A stretch of DNA of 64,000 nucleotides from Macrostomum lignano (Eukaryota), in assembly GCA_002269645.1 (NCBI GenBank), contig NIVC01002284.1, positions 62,001-126,000 of the forward strand, read 5' to 3'. This document shows, piece after piece, positions 49,326 through 62,392 of the stretch (positions within the stretch are counted from its first letter, which is position 1; the number at the start of each line of letters is the position of its first letter). The notes below the pieces were generated by a model, which had not been told where the DNA came from, made no database searches, and was given only the letters and a program-made list of their open reading frames with translations. The position numbers and the translations under genes are program-made.

Positions 49326-52300
49326 CATCAACAGGCTCTTGTTAAGCATGTTACGGCAAGTTGCTGTCCTGCTTCGAGTTCGCGGGGCGGCGTACACGCG
49401 CTAACTGACTTCTAGTGAGAGACTTGAATGTGTACTTTTGTGTGATGCGATGCACTTTACTGCTGCAGCCTTCTGCTGAGGCGCAGTGGCTGTTACGCAA
49501 CTGCTGAGCCGCGGAACCCAGCAAGCGACAGCCTCGCCGCGCTAGGTGGGGGGGGGGGGGTTCAGCTGTCGCTGAGTGTATGTGTAGGGTGCACCGGGCA
49601 GTGCAGGCACGCACGTACATGTAATTATGTTTAGCGGTAAGCGTTTCCTGAATTCTGAGTAGCGCAGCGCAGACCTTCGTACATTTTTATCCATTATTAT
49701 CTCTCCCCTGTCAGTGCTGTTCGTTATCCCATTTTCTTATCCAACAGGTCTTGTATAGGAGTTTCTTCCCTTAGTTTAGGGATCAGGACTTGTCTGCGCT
49801 GAGCCGAGACCCCCCACTTGGCTGTTCGCATGACTGCCGGAGACGCACCGCAGCGGCCGCGCCCGTTTGTCCCCCGCAATTCCCAAATGAAGTTATGCGG
49901 ATTTTCTTCGATGCGTCGCTTTTTTCCTCTTCCCCTTTCTTGGCGTCGAAATTATGGTTGTCGAGCTTCCAGCTACAGGGAGCAATCATAATTCGATTGA
50001 GCGCACAGACCCCAGTTTGTACAGTTGTCCTTTGGCAGTGACTATCTCATCTTGTTAGCTAATTTGCTTTGTAGGCGAGACTGTTTCAGGTGCTGCAGAA
50101 GGCGATCGCGCCGCGGAATGGACTCAGCCGCAGTGCAGGCACACATTTGAAAAGCCAGTTTGAAGTCACCACCAGTCAAGACAGAGTCAAGATATTCAAG
50201 GAATATTTTAGATTATGACTTTGCTATTTTATATTTTAACTCATAAACAAAATGGTTCGAGCGTCAGAAATAGATATTTTTGTTATAAATGGTGCGAAAT
50301 TAAAGCTAGCCGAGTACATCCCGTGGCTCTGTTCCAGCCAGGAGGCAAATCTCATCAGCTCCTGCAGATTCAACTTTAAGCGTCTTGGAAGTGGGATGGC
50401 GGTATCGCATACAAGACCAAAACAGTGACGTGCAGACTGGATTGGGGTTGGGGCAGGGAATGTACACGGATAGCTAATGTACAGAGCCGGGCTGGCCAGA
50501 GCCGGGTGAGTGGGTGGGCATGTCTACCCAAACAGCCAGGGGCAGAAAACATAAGAGTGGAGTTGGGGTGGCGGCATCACGTGACCCAGGCCCAGACAGA
50601 CGTGGACTCTAGGATGGTGGGTGGTTGTGAATCGCTGCTAAAGTGCAAGCGATTTCGTGAGCGTGCAGACAGTTGGTGCCTTGGTGAGTGGTCGCGTTAT
50701 CAGCTGTTTATCAGAGTATCTGTTTATCAGATCTGGCCATCAATCAAATCGCCAGATGTACATTAACTTTTAATGTGTGCATCTAAGGCTCGTTCATAAA
50801 AAAAGCCAACAAATCACAAAGTGCACATGATTCCCAGTTCGAACGGACCTTCAGTAGCGCAGGCGCATCTCGGCACAGGTTACACGCCTCAGACACCTTG
50901 ACATTTATTCATCATATTAACATCTACTGAGTGACTGAGTCCCATGTTCCCTCAAAATGTAATGCAACTTTTGTAATCCGCCCGAAGGAAGTATACGTTT
51001 ACGAGTAACTAATCTGGAGCATTTAACTCATCTCAATCCTTAGAACAGTGTATTACTGGTTTTGTCATAATAAATACATGTAGCTCCGACTCATTTGTTC
51101 CCTTCTCTTGAGTTTTTCCCATCGTTGCCCAATTACAAAGCAATTATGAATTAATTTGAATTCCAAGAAGAAAAACGGCTCTGCACGTTATGTGCTTTTG
51201 ATAAATTAATTTCTCTCATACCTTTGCTTGTCATTAACAGCACGGCGCAATCTCCTTACTCTTTCTAATTGATCAGTGCAGTCAGGCAGGTTGAATTTGG
51301 GTGGCTGCATCGCTTCGTCTCCACCCACCGCCAACCTCGGCCTCCGCAGCGCCATCACTGGCGGAGAGGAGGCTGGATGGCCGCGCCCGCCCCAGCCTCC
51401 TGCAGCGGCCTCCTATATTTTTACTCGGTAAAAGTCGGCCGTCAGGAAAGTCGCCGATAAAGGAAGGAAGCGCACTCAGCCCTCAACCTCCGCCAGCGAC
51501 TGCAGCAGCCCGACTCCGCCAGCCTTGAATAAAGTCAGGTGAGAAAGTTGCTTCAGCAGGCCAGAGAGACCCAGAGAGTATCAGAGAGCGGCTGCACTCG
51601 CTCAATACTGAGTGAGCAGACTGCGGGCAGCTGCAACTGACTTTAGACACTAATTGAGAACAATTAATAAGGGCCAGGGAGTCGATATGCACAGAGGTCT
51701 CCTTGCCAGTCGATATGCAAATGAAAAGCCTGGCTGGGCGGAAAGTCGCCTTCAATGCCCAGCAACACAGCGAAGGTCTCCGATGGGATCTATAGATAGC
51801 TGTGGGCCGTGTCCGCGCCCTCTGTTGCCGCCATGATGAGCAGCTCTCCCGATCCGCAATCAGCTTGTCCTGCAGCCAACATCGTCTCCGTTTATCCCCT
51901 GCAATCGATACCTCAGTAATCTCTTGTCTGCCGCGGATCTTTATGGCCCCGGGATATCAGCCGCGGTCTCGAACCCGACTCAAATGAAAAATTCATCTGC
52001 AAAGCAGCCGCTTGCGCAGAATTTTTGCTGAATTCTGACTTGAACTGCAGGCATGTCCGCTTGCGGTCTCGCGTGCGCTATGGTTGCTTATAATGAGGCT
52101 GAATAATTAATTAGCCCCAACCAGGGCTGCTGCATCCTCTCAATGAGTCCGCGCAGTTTTCTAAGCCTCTTGAAGTTTTTTCTTGGCTAACTTTTTTTGA
52201 GGCGCATCTTAGCGATTGGAAACAATTAGTGATCCAATTTTGCTGCCATGAATTCACGTGAAACTGTATTTTGTCCCTGTCTAACTGACAAAAACCTCCT

Positions 52301-52351
52301 TGCAGAACCCAAGACGAAAATAGACTGTCTATCTACTGAAGCCACGCTGAA

Positions 52352-52432
52352 ATGCGCCACAATTCCACCTGCCGGATTGGCCTGGCCTGCCTGATGGCCT
52401 TTCTGCTCTGTGCTGGAGTGACCCACTGCGAG
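52352..52432 (+). CDS. Neuropeptide precursor exon 1 (signal peptide [27 protein letters not shown])
   Basis: Basic n-region, hydrophobic core and small residues at -3/-1; donor GAG|GTGCGT at 52432/52433, phase 0. Confidence 0.8.
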
Positions 52433-52436
52433 GTGC

Positions 52437-52812
52437 GTGACGGGCTGGGTGACGGGCTGGGTGACGGGCAGGGTGACTGGCTGGGTGACGGGCTGGGTGA
52501 CGGGCTGGGTGACAGGCTGGGTGACGGGCTGGGTGACGGGCTGGGTGACGGGCTGGGTGACGGGCTGGGTGACAGGCTGGGTGACGGGCTGGGTGACGGG
52601 CTGGGTGACGGGCTGGGTGACAGGCTGGGTGACGGGCTGGGTGACGGGCTGGGTGACAGGCTGGGTGACGGGCTGGGTGACGGGCTGGGTGACGGGCTGG
52701 GTGACGGGCTGGGTGACGGGCAGGGTGACTGGCTGGGTGACGGGCTGGGTGACGGGCTGGGTGACGGGCTGGGTGACGGGCTGGGTGATGGGCTGAGTGA
52801 CGGGCTGGGTGA
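52437..52812. repeat. 12-bp G-rich intronic array (GGGCTGGGTGAC)n
   Basis: Starts immediately after the donor site. Confidence 0.93.
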
Positions 52813-53107
52813 GAAGCTGGATAAACTTGACCTCAAAGAAAACTCGCCTGTGAGCAAGGCATCCGGCCTCTGTGCAATGCCAGCAAGCGTCTGAGTTCTG
52901 TTTCAGTCAAGCAGTCACAAAGTCGGCGAAATGAGTAAATTGGGGATGCCGACAGTTAAATGACAGCAATTTGCATTTCCAACAGGAGAATTCCATTAAG
53001 GCTCTGGAAGCAACGTTTTAGGGAGTTTAGCGATCTGAAAGTGACTTCAAAGTGCAGATTTGGAGATTTAGTTTCGCTACAATTGATCTTAAAACTGATC
53101 TCTCCAG

Positions 53108-53554
53108 ATGCCCGACTCCGAAGCCATGGAAGATGACAGTCGGGATGAAGAGAAGAGGTTCGACCCGCTGATGATGAAGAAGTTCGACCCGCTGATGATG
53201 AAGAAGTTCGACCCGCTGATGATGAAGAAGTTCGACCCGCTGATGATGAAGAAGTTCGACCCGCTGATGATGAAGAAGTTCGACCCGCTGATGATGAAGA
53301 AGTTCGACCCGCTGATGATGAAGAAGTTCGACCCGCTGATGATGAAGAAGTTCGACCCGCTGATGATGAAGAAGTTCGACCCGCTGATGATGAAGAAGTT
53401 CGACCCGCTGATGATGAAGAAGTTCGACCCGCTGATGATGAAGAAGTTCGACCCGCTGATGATGAAGAGGTTCGACCCGCTGATGATGAAGAAGTTCGAC
53501 CCGCTGATGATGAAGCGCAGGTTTCTCCGCAAGCTTCACCGCCTGCACGAGTGA
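53108..53554 (+). CDS. Neuropeptide precursor exon 2: acidic spacer plus 15 x FDPLMM flanked by KK/KR
   Basis: Acceptor CTGATCTCTCCAG| at 53107/53108, phase 0. Translates MPDSEAMEDDSRDEE-KR-(FDPLMM-KK/KR)15-RFLRKLHRLHE*. Spliced precursor is 175 aa. Confidence 0.85.
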   Translation: MPDSEAMEDDSRDEEKRFDPLMMKKFDPLMMKKFDPLMMKKFDPLMMKKFDPLMMKKFDPLMMKKFDPLMMKKFDPLMMKKFDPLMMKKFDPLMMKKFDPLMMKKFDPLMMKKFDPLMMKRFDPLMMKKFDPLMMKRRFLRKLHRLHE

Positions 53555-55092
53555 ACTCAGCACAGAACCTTTCAGCCGTAGATTTCACACTTGAAGACCT
53601 GTCCTCACTTTCGGTGACTCAGAGTAGAGCAGAGCAGAGTTTGCGGTAGTGGGTGAAACTAACTACTGATGAAGCTACTATATTCGATTCCGAAATACAC
53701 CAATTGAGCAAACTCGCTAGCCAGGGAAGCTCGGTGCAGATTATCTTGAGCAGTCCGCGCCAATGTCACTTAACGATTATTTTTATATTTTGAGCATGAA
53801 TTGCAGAACAGTCGGCTCTCTGATTCCAAATTTAAGCTACTGATCAAGAATTTCTGCATCACTCTGCAGCCCGCATTCGTGCAGGGCAGCTCAGATCTGC
53901 CGCTGAGGGGCTCAAATTACCAATTTAGATTGCTGGAGCCCCCAGGCCGCGGAATTGAAAGCTGAGAGGTGAGAGGAAAACAGAACTGTGTTTCAGGTGC
54001 ACGGCAGGTCTGAGTCCAGTGAGCCCTTGTGAGCCGAAGTGGAGCTAATTATGTTTGACACGGGAGCCTCCGCTGCAGTGCCGCGAAATTCTTCGGCTAT
54101 TTCAGAGGCTCTTTGAGATTCTTTATTCCCAAAGAAGCCGTAGGCGGATCCAAAAATGTCCCAGAGCTTCGTCTGAGCTGCTGCCTCCAGTCCGTCATCA
54201 AATGACCGAAGATGGATTTCCTGCTGCTGAAGCCAGCCATCCCGCGCCGCTGCAGAATTATTGAGCCTCATCAATTACCCCCCCCCCCCCAGCTTACGCG
54301 GGTCTCAGCTTCCCTCAATCCTTCATCGTTCGGATTTTTTATTGTTTTAAAATAGGCCAACCAAGCGATCACAAAGCGATTAGGTAGACTTCCAAGAAAC
54401 AGCAGCAGTCACCCGCACCTGACCAGGCCTTGGCAAACACGGGACTGCCTGAGCTGCCCACCTGAGCAAAGTGGTTCGGGGCGCCAGCAAGAGGCTGCCT
54501 GTGCTCACCGAATGGCAACAATGCTGCTGCGGGGGGAGACACTGAGGCTGTTTGCTCTCAGCAAACAGAGCCGGCATCGGGGCTGTTTTTACACCATCAG
54601 AAACTGACTGATGCTGCACAGCATCATCGCTGCCGCTCTCAAGACCCGGCCGGGCCCAGGAAGGCATTAGCGGGGCTGTCAATCACACGGACTGCGACTC
54701 GCCCCACAGACCACCATTAGAGTCGCACTCGGCGCTGATGCCCCTCGGCGATTAAAAAGCTGCGTTCTTTACGGCGTCCCTCCTGCAGGCAGCAACAGTT
54801 TTTTATGACTGATGAGTCTGACGCTATTTCTGTCTGAGACTGGCGCGAGGCATTACAGGTGCGATAATTGGCCTGGACTTTCCTCTAGGAGAGCTTGCTT
54901 TTAGTGGCAGCAGACTTGCCAATTTGCTTTGGCACAGCTCGTGTGGAGCTGTCAGGCGGCCTATTTTTAGGGCCCAGCTGCTTTTTATAATGGGGCAGAC
55001 TGTCTGATAGGCGAGTTGGTTGAAGTCCGCAAAACATTTGCAAATTGTCGAATTGCTTTTGCGAGACAGTGCAGCGCTAAATTGTTCCCTCA

Positions 55093-56250
55093 AGTCCTGC
55101 TGACACAGCCAGCATCCCTGCTGACAGTTTCCTCTAGTCCTGCTGACACAGCCAGCATCCCTGCTGACAGTTTCCTCTAGTCCTGCTGACACAGCCAGCA
55201 TCCCTGCTGACAGTTTCCTCTAGTCCTGCTGACACAGCCAGCATCCCTGCTGACAGTTTCCTCTAGTCCTGCTGACACAACTGACACAGCCAGTATCCCT
55301 GCTGACAGTTCCCTCTAGTCCTGCTGACACAGCCAGCATCCCTGCTGACAGTTCCCTCTAGTCCTGCTGACACAGCCAGCATCCCTGCTGACAGTTCCCT
55401 CAAGTCCTGCTGACACAGCCAGTTCCCTGCTGACACAGCCAGTATCCCTGCTGACACAGCCAGCATCCCTGCTGACAGTTCCCTCAAGTCCTGCTGACAC
55501 AGCCAGCATCCCTGCTGACAGTTTCCTCTAGTCCTGCTGACACAGCCAGCATCCCTGCTGACAGTTCCCTCAAGTCCTGCTGACACAGCCAGTATCCCTG
55601 CTGACACAGCCAGTATCCCTGCTGACAGTTCCCTCAAGTCCTGCTGACACAGCCAGTATCCCGGCTGACAGTTCCCTCAAGTCCTGCTGACACAGCCAGC
55701 ATCCCTGCTGACAGTTTCCTCTAGTCCTGCTGACACAGCTGACACGGCTGACACAGCCAGCATCCCTGCTGACAGTTTCCTCTAGTCCTGCTGACACAGC
55801 TGACACGGCTGACACAGCCAGCATCCCTGCTGACAGTTTCCTCTAGTCCTGCTGACACAGCTGACACGGCTGACACAGCCAGCATCCCTGCTGACAGTTT
55901 CCTCTAGTCCTGCTGACACAGCTGACACGGCTGACACAGCCAGCATCCCTGCTGACAGTTTCCTCTAGTCCTGCTGACACAGCTGACACGGCTGACACAG
56001 CCAGCATCCCTGCTGACAGTTTCCTCTAGTCCTGCTGACACAGCTGACACGGCTGACACAGCCAGCATCCCTGCTGACAGTTTCCTCTAGTCCTGCTGAC
56101 ACAGCTGACACGGCTGACACAGCCAGCATCCCTGCTGACAGTTTCCTCTAGTCCTGCTGACACAGCTGACACGGCTGACACAGCCAGCATCCCTGCTGAC
56201 AGTTTCCTCTAGTCCTGCTGACACAGCTGACACGGCTGACACAGCCAGCA
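55093..56250. repeat. 43-bp minisatellite TCCTGCTGACACAGCCAGCATCCCTGCTGACAGTTTCCTCTAG, with a 61-bp variant block at the 3' end
   Basis: Direct periodicity; internal CTGCTGACA subrepeat. Confidence 0.93.
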
Positions 56251-57906
56251 TCCAGCTGTTGAAGTTGTCAGCGCGTCACTCCGCAGGTCGGCGGATCTGT
56301 CAGCCTGGAATTGCCAGTTTCGCATTAAATCGCAAAGCTTTTAAATTTGCTTCTTGATCGAATAACTGATGAGAAAGGATGATGAAGCTTGCGATTTTTT
56401 ACTTTAATTATAGCCCACATTTGAGATGGCACTGCACCGGAATTTTTGAGACACAGAGCCAGTCAGAGAGCGCTCTTGCATTTTACTATCAGTCATTCGA
56501 TTAAGCTGAAGAGCTTTTTAAGTACCCCGAACCCGCCTGCAGCCAGTCAGCCCAACTTTTTCGCTTTTGCATCGTCTCCTTTGTCCGGGGCTTTTTTGTC
56601 CGGGGCAAAATCACCAATGATTTTGCTTTATGGCGCGCGCATGGGAGCTGCCATTTTTATTGAAATCTGCTTGAATTGGCGGCACCAGCCTGTGGCCGAG
56701 CGGCTGACTGACTGACTGCCAACGGACGGGAGAGTGGATGAATGCAGCTCACATTTTGGTTTTGTTCTGGCGACTGCAATTCAGATGAAAGCCTGAGTTT
56801 GAGGTGAAGAAGAAATTATAATAAGTGCTCGCCATTTCACCAATCTCTCAAATATTTTCATTTATTAATGCTTTCTGTGTATACTACTGAGTGCGATTTG
56901 AATAGTAGTAGTACGCTAGATTTTTCTAGCTATTCGACCACAAACTATGAGCCCAAAAATTCGCAATGGCTAGTCTGCAGTGGTCCGGTAAATTTCCCCA
57001 GTAAATGGGAGATTTTCCCCGCAACTCAGCCAATTGAGACGTAAAGACTGCGCGATTGCCTGTTTGGGTGCACTCTGCCCGGAGGGTACTTTTGTGTGAC
57101 CGGGGCAGCCTGGCTGACGAACTTGGCGGCTGAGCTGCTCGTATTTCAGGAAGAGTGCCGCGCTCGGTGCTGCTTTGAGCTGTCATTGCGCTAGGTGAAC
57201 CTACCCGCGAAGGGAGCTGGTAAATGGACCACCTGGAAGGCATGAGCCCCAGAAGTTATTGGTACCCTGACAGTGTGACCCACCAGATACCGCGATTCTA
57301 GACAATGAAGATGAGTGACAGGCTCTCGCGTGTTTACGGCAGTGGGATCAAGTGTTCACCGGTGGCGAAATTGATCTCACGGTCGACCCTGTCTGACGGG
57401 CATTTTGCACTCGATGGCACCCCCGTTTAACAACAACAGCTCCCTCTGCCCTTTTCATCCGATTCGCTTCAGGCGATGCACTTTAAGGCTTGTTCACATC
57501 GCCATCAAATAGACCGACGAACCCACGAACGACACGATGGCTGACAGAAAACTTTTGCCCCCAGATGCCTTGGCTTCGGCGTCTCTTTTCTGGCCGGTTT
57601 GTTTACGATTGCTGGGGTCAGCTCGGTGCAAAATGCGAAGAAGACATGCCTGGTAGGTTAACAGCTAGGAGATGACCGAAGTCTAGATAGTAGAGAATTA
57701 GCAACGGAATAAGATAAATAATTAAAACTAAGGGTAGAAGACGCTTCAGTTCAAATTCCAAAGTCTACGTAGCTGCATGTTGTTTGCATGCAACGTGCAG
57801 CCAATTATCAGATGAAAGTTTATGACGCGGGTAAATAAATGCTTCAAATGTGCGACCCCGAACTGAAATGCATGTGGGCTCAATCCTGCACTGAAATCTG
57901 AACGCA

Positions 57907-58087
57907 ATGATTTTCTCTGCAAGCTTGACATTGCTGGCCGCAGTCGCGACTGTTGCTGCCCAAGAGGACGCCGCGTCGCTGCGGAGGACGCACGGATGCA
58001 CCGAGTTCCAGATGGTGAGCAGCGATGGCTGCGTCCCCTGTCCCGGGCGGGGCTTCGCCAGGCTGCCGCTTAACAAAGACTGCTACG
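57907..58087 (+). CDS. Secreted protein exon 1 (signal peptide plus short Cys motif)
   Basis: MIFSASLTLLAAVATVAAQ signal; C-x10-C-x2-C-x13-C; donor TACG|GTGAGC, phase 1. Confidence 0.72.
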
Positions 58088-58352
58088 GTGAGCACATGAC
58101 GGAGCTCTTGCGCTGTCCTTAACCGTGCGTTTTGACATAATCCAGATGGTGTCCGATTTTTTCATACCAATTTCCTCAGCTGAAGCTGAAGTTTACTGTA
58201 CTAGTGTAACACCATGAACTCTTCTCTTTTATAAGGCATTGATGATAGTAATGTTCACAGGAGTGCTGTGGGCTCCCTGCCGCAACACGCCTTCGACAAC
58301 AGCCCACGTCCCACAACGATGCGGCAATTTTGTCCATTCCGCTGATTGCTGA

Positions 58353-58830
58353 TCACCTATAAGAGGGGGTTGGCCCTAATGGGTGTGATTCGCCTGTCAA
58401 TCCCCCAGCCAACTTTCATGCACAGGCCTCAAATGAATGTTGGTCACGTCACCTATAAGAGGGGGTTGGCCCTAATGGGTGTGAGTCGCCTGTCAATCCC
58501 CCAGCCAACTTTCATGCACAGGCCTCAAATGAATGTTGGTCACGTCACCTGTGAGAGGGGGTTGGCCCTAATGGGTGTGAGTCGCCTGTCAATCCCCCAG
58601 CCAACTTTCATGCACAGGCCTCAAATGAATGTTGGTTACGTCACCTATGAGAGGGGGTTGGCCCTAATGGGTGTGAGTCGCCTGTCAATCCCCCAGCCAA
58701 CTTTCATGCACAGGCCTCAAATGAATGTTGGTTACGTCACCTATGAGAGGGGGTTGGCCCTAATGGGTGTGAGTCGCCTGTCAATCCCCCAGCCAACTTT
58801 CATGCACAGGCCTCAAATGAATGTTGGTTA
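58353..58830. repeat. 96-bp tandem repeat x5 in the intron of the secreted-protein gene
   Basis: Direct periodicity. Confidence 0.93.
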
Positions 58831-58932
58831 CGCACGTAGTCAAACCAGGGGTCGTAGCACGAAATTCAGACCTGTTTTCTATTTCGACTTTCGATAGAAA
58901 ACTCGTCTGACTGAACTCAACGCATCTTGCAG

Positions 58933-59447
58933 ACGCTTTCGAGGTTCTGTCTGCCTTCACGGGCGATTCCTACATGAACTCAATGATTGACAGGGATAGC
59001 AACAGCTCTAGGAGCATCTTCAATCCCACCATCATGAAGGCCATTGACGGTATCCGTGAGGACAACTTCGGTCCAGACGAGAACTCAAATATGACCATCG
59101 GCAGCTCATTGCAATTCAACTTTGGCAGTTTGTCGACAAAAAGGTTTGTGGAGAAGATCGTAGTCTGGAAGCGGAAAGGGAATGACTGCAGTTTCGACCC
59201 CAATGACTACACATTCGACTCCGTGGTGCGCAGATTAGGCAACGTCATGTACATGGGCTTCTGCTTGCCAATTGACAAGGGCGAATACTTCGTTGTGAGC
59301 TGCTCCAGGATGCTCATGGTGAGTATCAGCGTTAGTCGGCGAGATTCGCGGCCAATGACCGCCTGCGATGTGCCGGCAGAGCTGGAGGTCTACGGCAGCC
59401 GGCCCACTCTGATCGCCAATCTGGAATACTTTGATAGGAATGGATAG
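58933..59447 (+). CDS. Secreted protein exon 2, putative galactose-binding (F5/8C / F-type-lectin-like) domain
   Basis: Acceptor TTGCAG| at 58932/58933 joins in frame (231 aa total). KAIDG, VEKIVVWKR, GEYFVVSC and ELEVYG recall that fold's motifs. Confidence 0.65.
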
Positions 59448-59714
59448 AAAACTCATTGGAGGACTCTTTTTATAGCCCACAGACATTGTGCAACACTAAC
59501 ATTTTTTATTCTGATGGTCAGCAAGCCAAATTTAAGTCTTTGTTTTCCAGTTATCTTCTGCTTACATGTCAGAGAATTTCAAACACTGGCTTGTAAAGGC
59601 CATATCAAAACAAGTGCATGGATAGCGCGATGCTCTGGAGTGCCAGCGGCCCAGGCTCGATTCCAAGCGCAAGTCAGGTCAGGAGCTAAACTAAACATGG
59701 TCTGTCGGTATCAA

Positions 59715-60420
59715 TTTAGGTAGGTAGGTGGGTATGTGATCGATTTTAGCAAAAACGGCTCAATCGATTTTCTTCGAACTTGCACTGATCGTTTAGAAAT
59801 TTTTCCGTGATGGTATGATTGCTTACATGACGCTTCTATGATTCTTTCATGACGCTTCTATGATTTTATCATGACGCTGCATTTCAAGTCGAAAGAGCTG
59901 CTTGACCTTTGCAAAAAATATGTTTTTCGAATATTTAATCCCTTTAGCATCGAGCAATTTCTTAGCCACGATGCAAGTAGAAGCGTCATGAAAGAATCAT
60001 AGAAGCGTCATGTAATAAGTCATAGAAGCGTCATGTAAAAATCATAGAAACGCCATGTAAAAAATCATAGAAGCGTCATGAAGGAATCATAGAAGCGTCA
60101 TGTAATAAGTCATAGAAGCGTCATGTAAAAATCATAGAAACGCCATGTAAAAAATCATAGAAGCGTCATGAAGGAATCATAGAAGCGTCATGAAGGAATC
60201 ATAGAAGCGTCATGTAAAGTCATAGAAGTGTCATGTAAAGTCATAAAAGCGTCATGTTAAATCATAGAAGCGTCATGTAAAAAGTCATAGAAGCGTCATG
60301 TAAAATCATAGAAGCGTCATGTAAAATCATAGAAGCGTCATGTAAAAAATCATAGAAGCATCATCTAAGGCCGCTGTACACAGTCTGTGACTGCGCACGC
60401 ATCCGTGTGCTTGTGTGCCT
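59715..60420. mobile_element. Possible Helentron/DINE-like non-autonomous element containing a ~20-22-bp CATAGAAGCGTCATGTAAAAAT array
   Basis: Short GGTA microsatellite followed by AAAACGGCTCAATCGATTTT..GAACTT, resembling the conserved core of such elements; small hairpin at ~60395-60410. The array itself (59804-60362) is certain; the element call is weak. Confidence 0.3.
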
Positions 60421-61199
60421 ACTCAGGGGAGTTGGCAGAATGGGTTATGTGACAATCCCGCTTAAAGTGCACCAGGGTGTGAAAAATGGTGAAGAAAAAT
60501 TTCCCAGATCGACTTCGATCGTTTTTTATTTACTTCTTAATAACATCAGTAGTTACATCAGTAGTTACATCAGTAGTATATACGTGTTTTCTTTCTTTAG
60601 ATACTTGACTCTTCGTAAAATTGAGCACGTCTTGAACACGATTCTCTATTTAGCTGAAACACACCAGGCTAGGCTTAGCCTCTTTTCCTTATCTCTGAAT
60701 CTCTGAGGGAGGGAACTGTCCTCCTGATCCTCGCAAATTTGACGTCATTTATACCAATTTTTGGTTCGTTTAAAACAACAAATACTTGTTAATTTATCGT
60801 TTTATACTGAATATGGTGCTCACTAAAACAAAAACTTATCATTAGTAGTGTGAGATTAAATTAAATTGTGAAAAATAGAAAGATTTGTTGATTTCGAGAA
60901 GAACAAGTTGACCTTCCACAAAGACTACTCAATTAGAAGGATGGGAGCTAAATTTCTAGGAATTTTTTGAAGGCAGGTTTCCCGAAAAAAATGCTTTACG
61001 GAGAGGGGAGATTAAATTTTTTTAGCCAAAAAATGTTATTTCTTTTGATAGGGGGCAGACCCAATGTTCATCTTTTGATATGTGTATCTCATGGCTCTAT
61101 TGATATTTATAAAAGTTTTTTGTTTATAAAATTAGGATTCGATGTTAGTTCTACATCCAACGTCCAACACTAAAAACAAAATGTGTAAAAAATACGCAG

Positions 61200-61880
61200 C
61201 CCTGAAGGCAAGTCACAGTTAGAGCAGGGTGTCTCAGCGTCGCATAGCAGGCAGTCCACTTATCGACGGATTCGGGACTGACCCCGCCTGAACTGAGCCT
61301 GCAAGGTGAGCAGCAGGACGTCCTGAACAGGTTGGCGGCAGTAGCCCTCGCCACGTGACTCGCCAGTTGAAGTCGCCGCCGGCGCAGGATGGTGGACGGG
61401 CGCTGCAGCTTGACCCGATCGTACAGGGCCTCGGTCCCGACGCTCTCGTCAGCTCGAAAGGCTCCAACCGCCGCTCGCTCCAGCGTACCCGTCAGCGTCC
61501 ATGTGTCGACTACCGCCTGCCACAGCCGAGCCCTCTGGCGGGTCGGGCAGCGCTTCGGACGGAGGCAAGTCCTCTGCACCGCCGGAGGTTCTTCACGTGA
61601 AGCACCAGACCGCCGAAGTAGGTGAGCCGCTGGCAGCATGCGAGCCTGATCATCTGCTGATCAGATGAGCCTGATCACCTGATCAGCGTGCGAGCTGCGG
61701 CACGTCAGGTCCTCTGGGATGTCGGCCGGCACAGTCAGCACCTCGGTCTTCAGCATGTTGACAATCAGACCGACGCTCGATGCCACCTCGACCAGCCTGT
61801 CGATCTGGCGCTGGGCGCCTTCAACCGACGATGACATGAGGCGAGGTCGTCGGCGTAGCCAAGCACGCTCAGGCGCTTTT
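61200..61880 (-). mobile_element. 5'-truncated, frameshifted non-LTR retrotransposon (RT C-terminal fragment)
   Basis: LGYADDLA (YADD at 61857-61846), followed by SSSVEGAQRQIDRL..VGL.VN..KTEV, ..RARLWQAVV..TWTLT and ILRRRRLQLASHV. Confidence 0.85.
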
Positions 61881-62392
61881 CGCCAGCTGGAACTTTGAAC
61901 TTTGGCTCAGAAGTTCAAAGGCTCAGAACTTTGCCAGCTGGAAAGTTGCCAGCCGAGAAAACTTGCAGCAAGGAAGCAGCTAAGAAAGTTCAGTAGCTGT
62001 CTAACGTTACAATTATAAATCAACAATAAAAGCTAAACTATATCGGATAAATTTATTTATTGCACTTATTATTGCAGTACTAGGCTGCATAACAGACCTG
62101 TATTTTAAAAACGCTTTAGCAACTTGCTGCAAATTTTCTCGGCTGGCAAAGTTTTTACACCCGTTCATAACTGCTTCTTGTGACTGACTTACTGTAACCG
62201 ACTTGATGTGTGAGTATTCAATTATAAGTGCTTCAATTCAGATCATCAGTTCGAAGAGAGCTGGACTAGATCTGAACACACTGAACTGCTAATGTAGCGA
62301 CCTGGTTTCAAATTTTTAAAGTGTATACATTTTTATCAAAATTATTTTCAATGTCAAGAGCTGTAAACTCCACGAAAAACTAAAGAATAAGG

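Noticed and set aside
52352-52894. 180-aa ORF with a signal peptide followed by DGLG repeats
   Set aside because: A GT donor follows codon 27 directly and splices in frame to the FDPLMM exon; the DGLG part is intron read-through.
52956-53588. Minus-strand ORFs SSSAGRT, HHQRVELL and FFIISGSN
   Set aside because: Antisense shadows of the neuropeptide repeat.
58346-58897. 183-aa ORF of 32-aa repeats
   Set aside because: A 96-bp array inside a phase-consistent intron; near-cognate start only.
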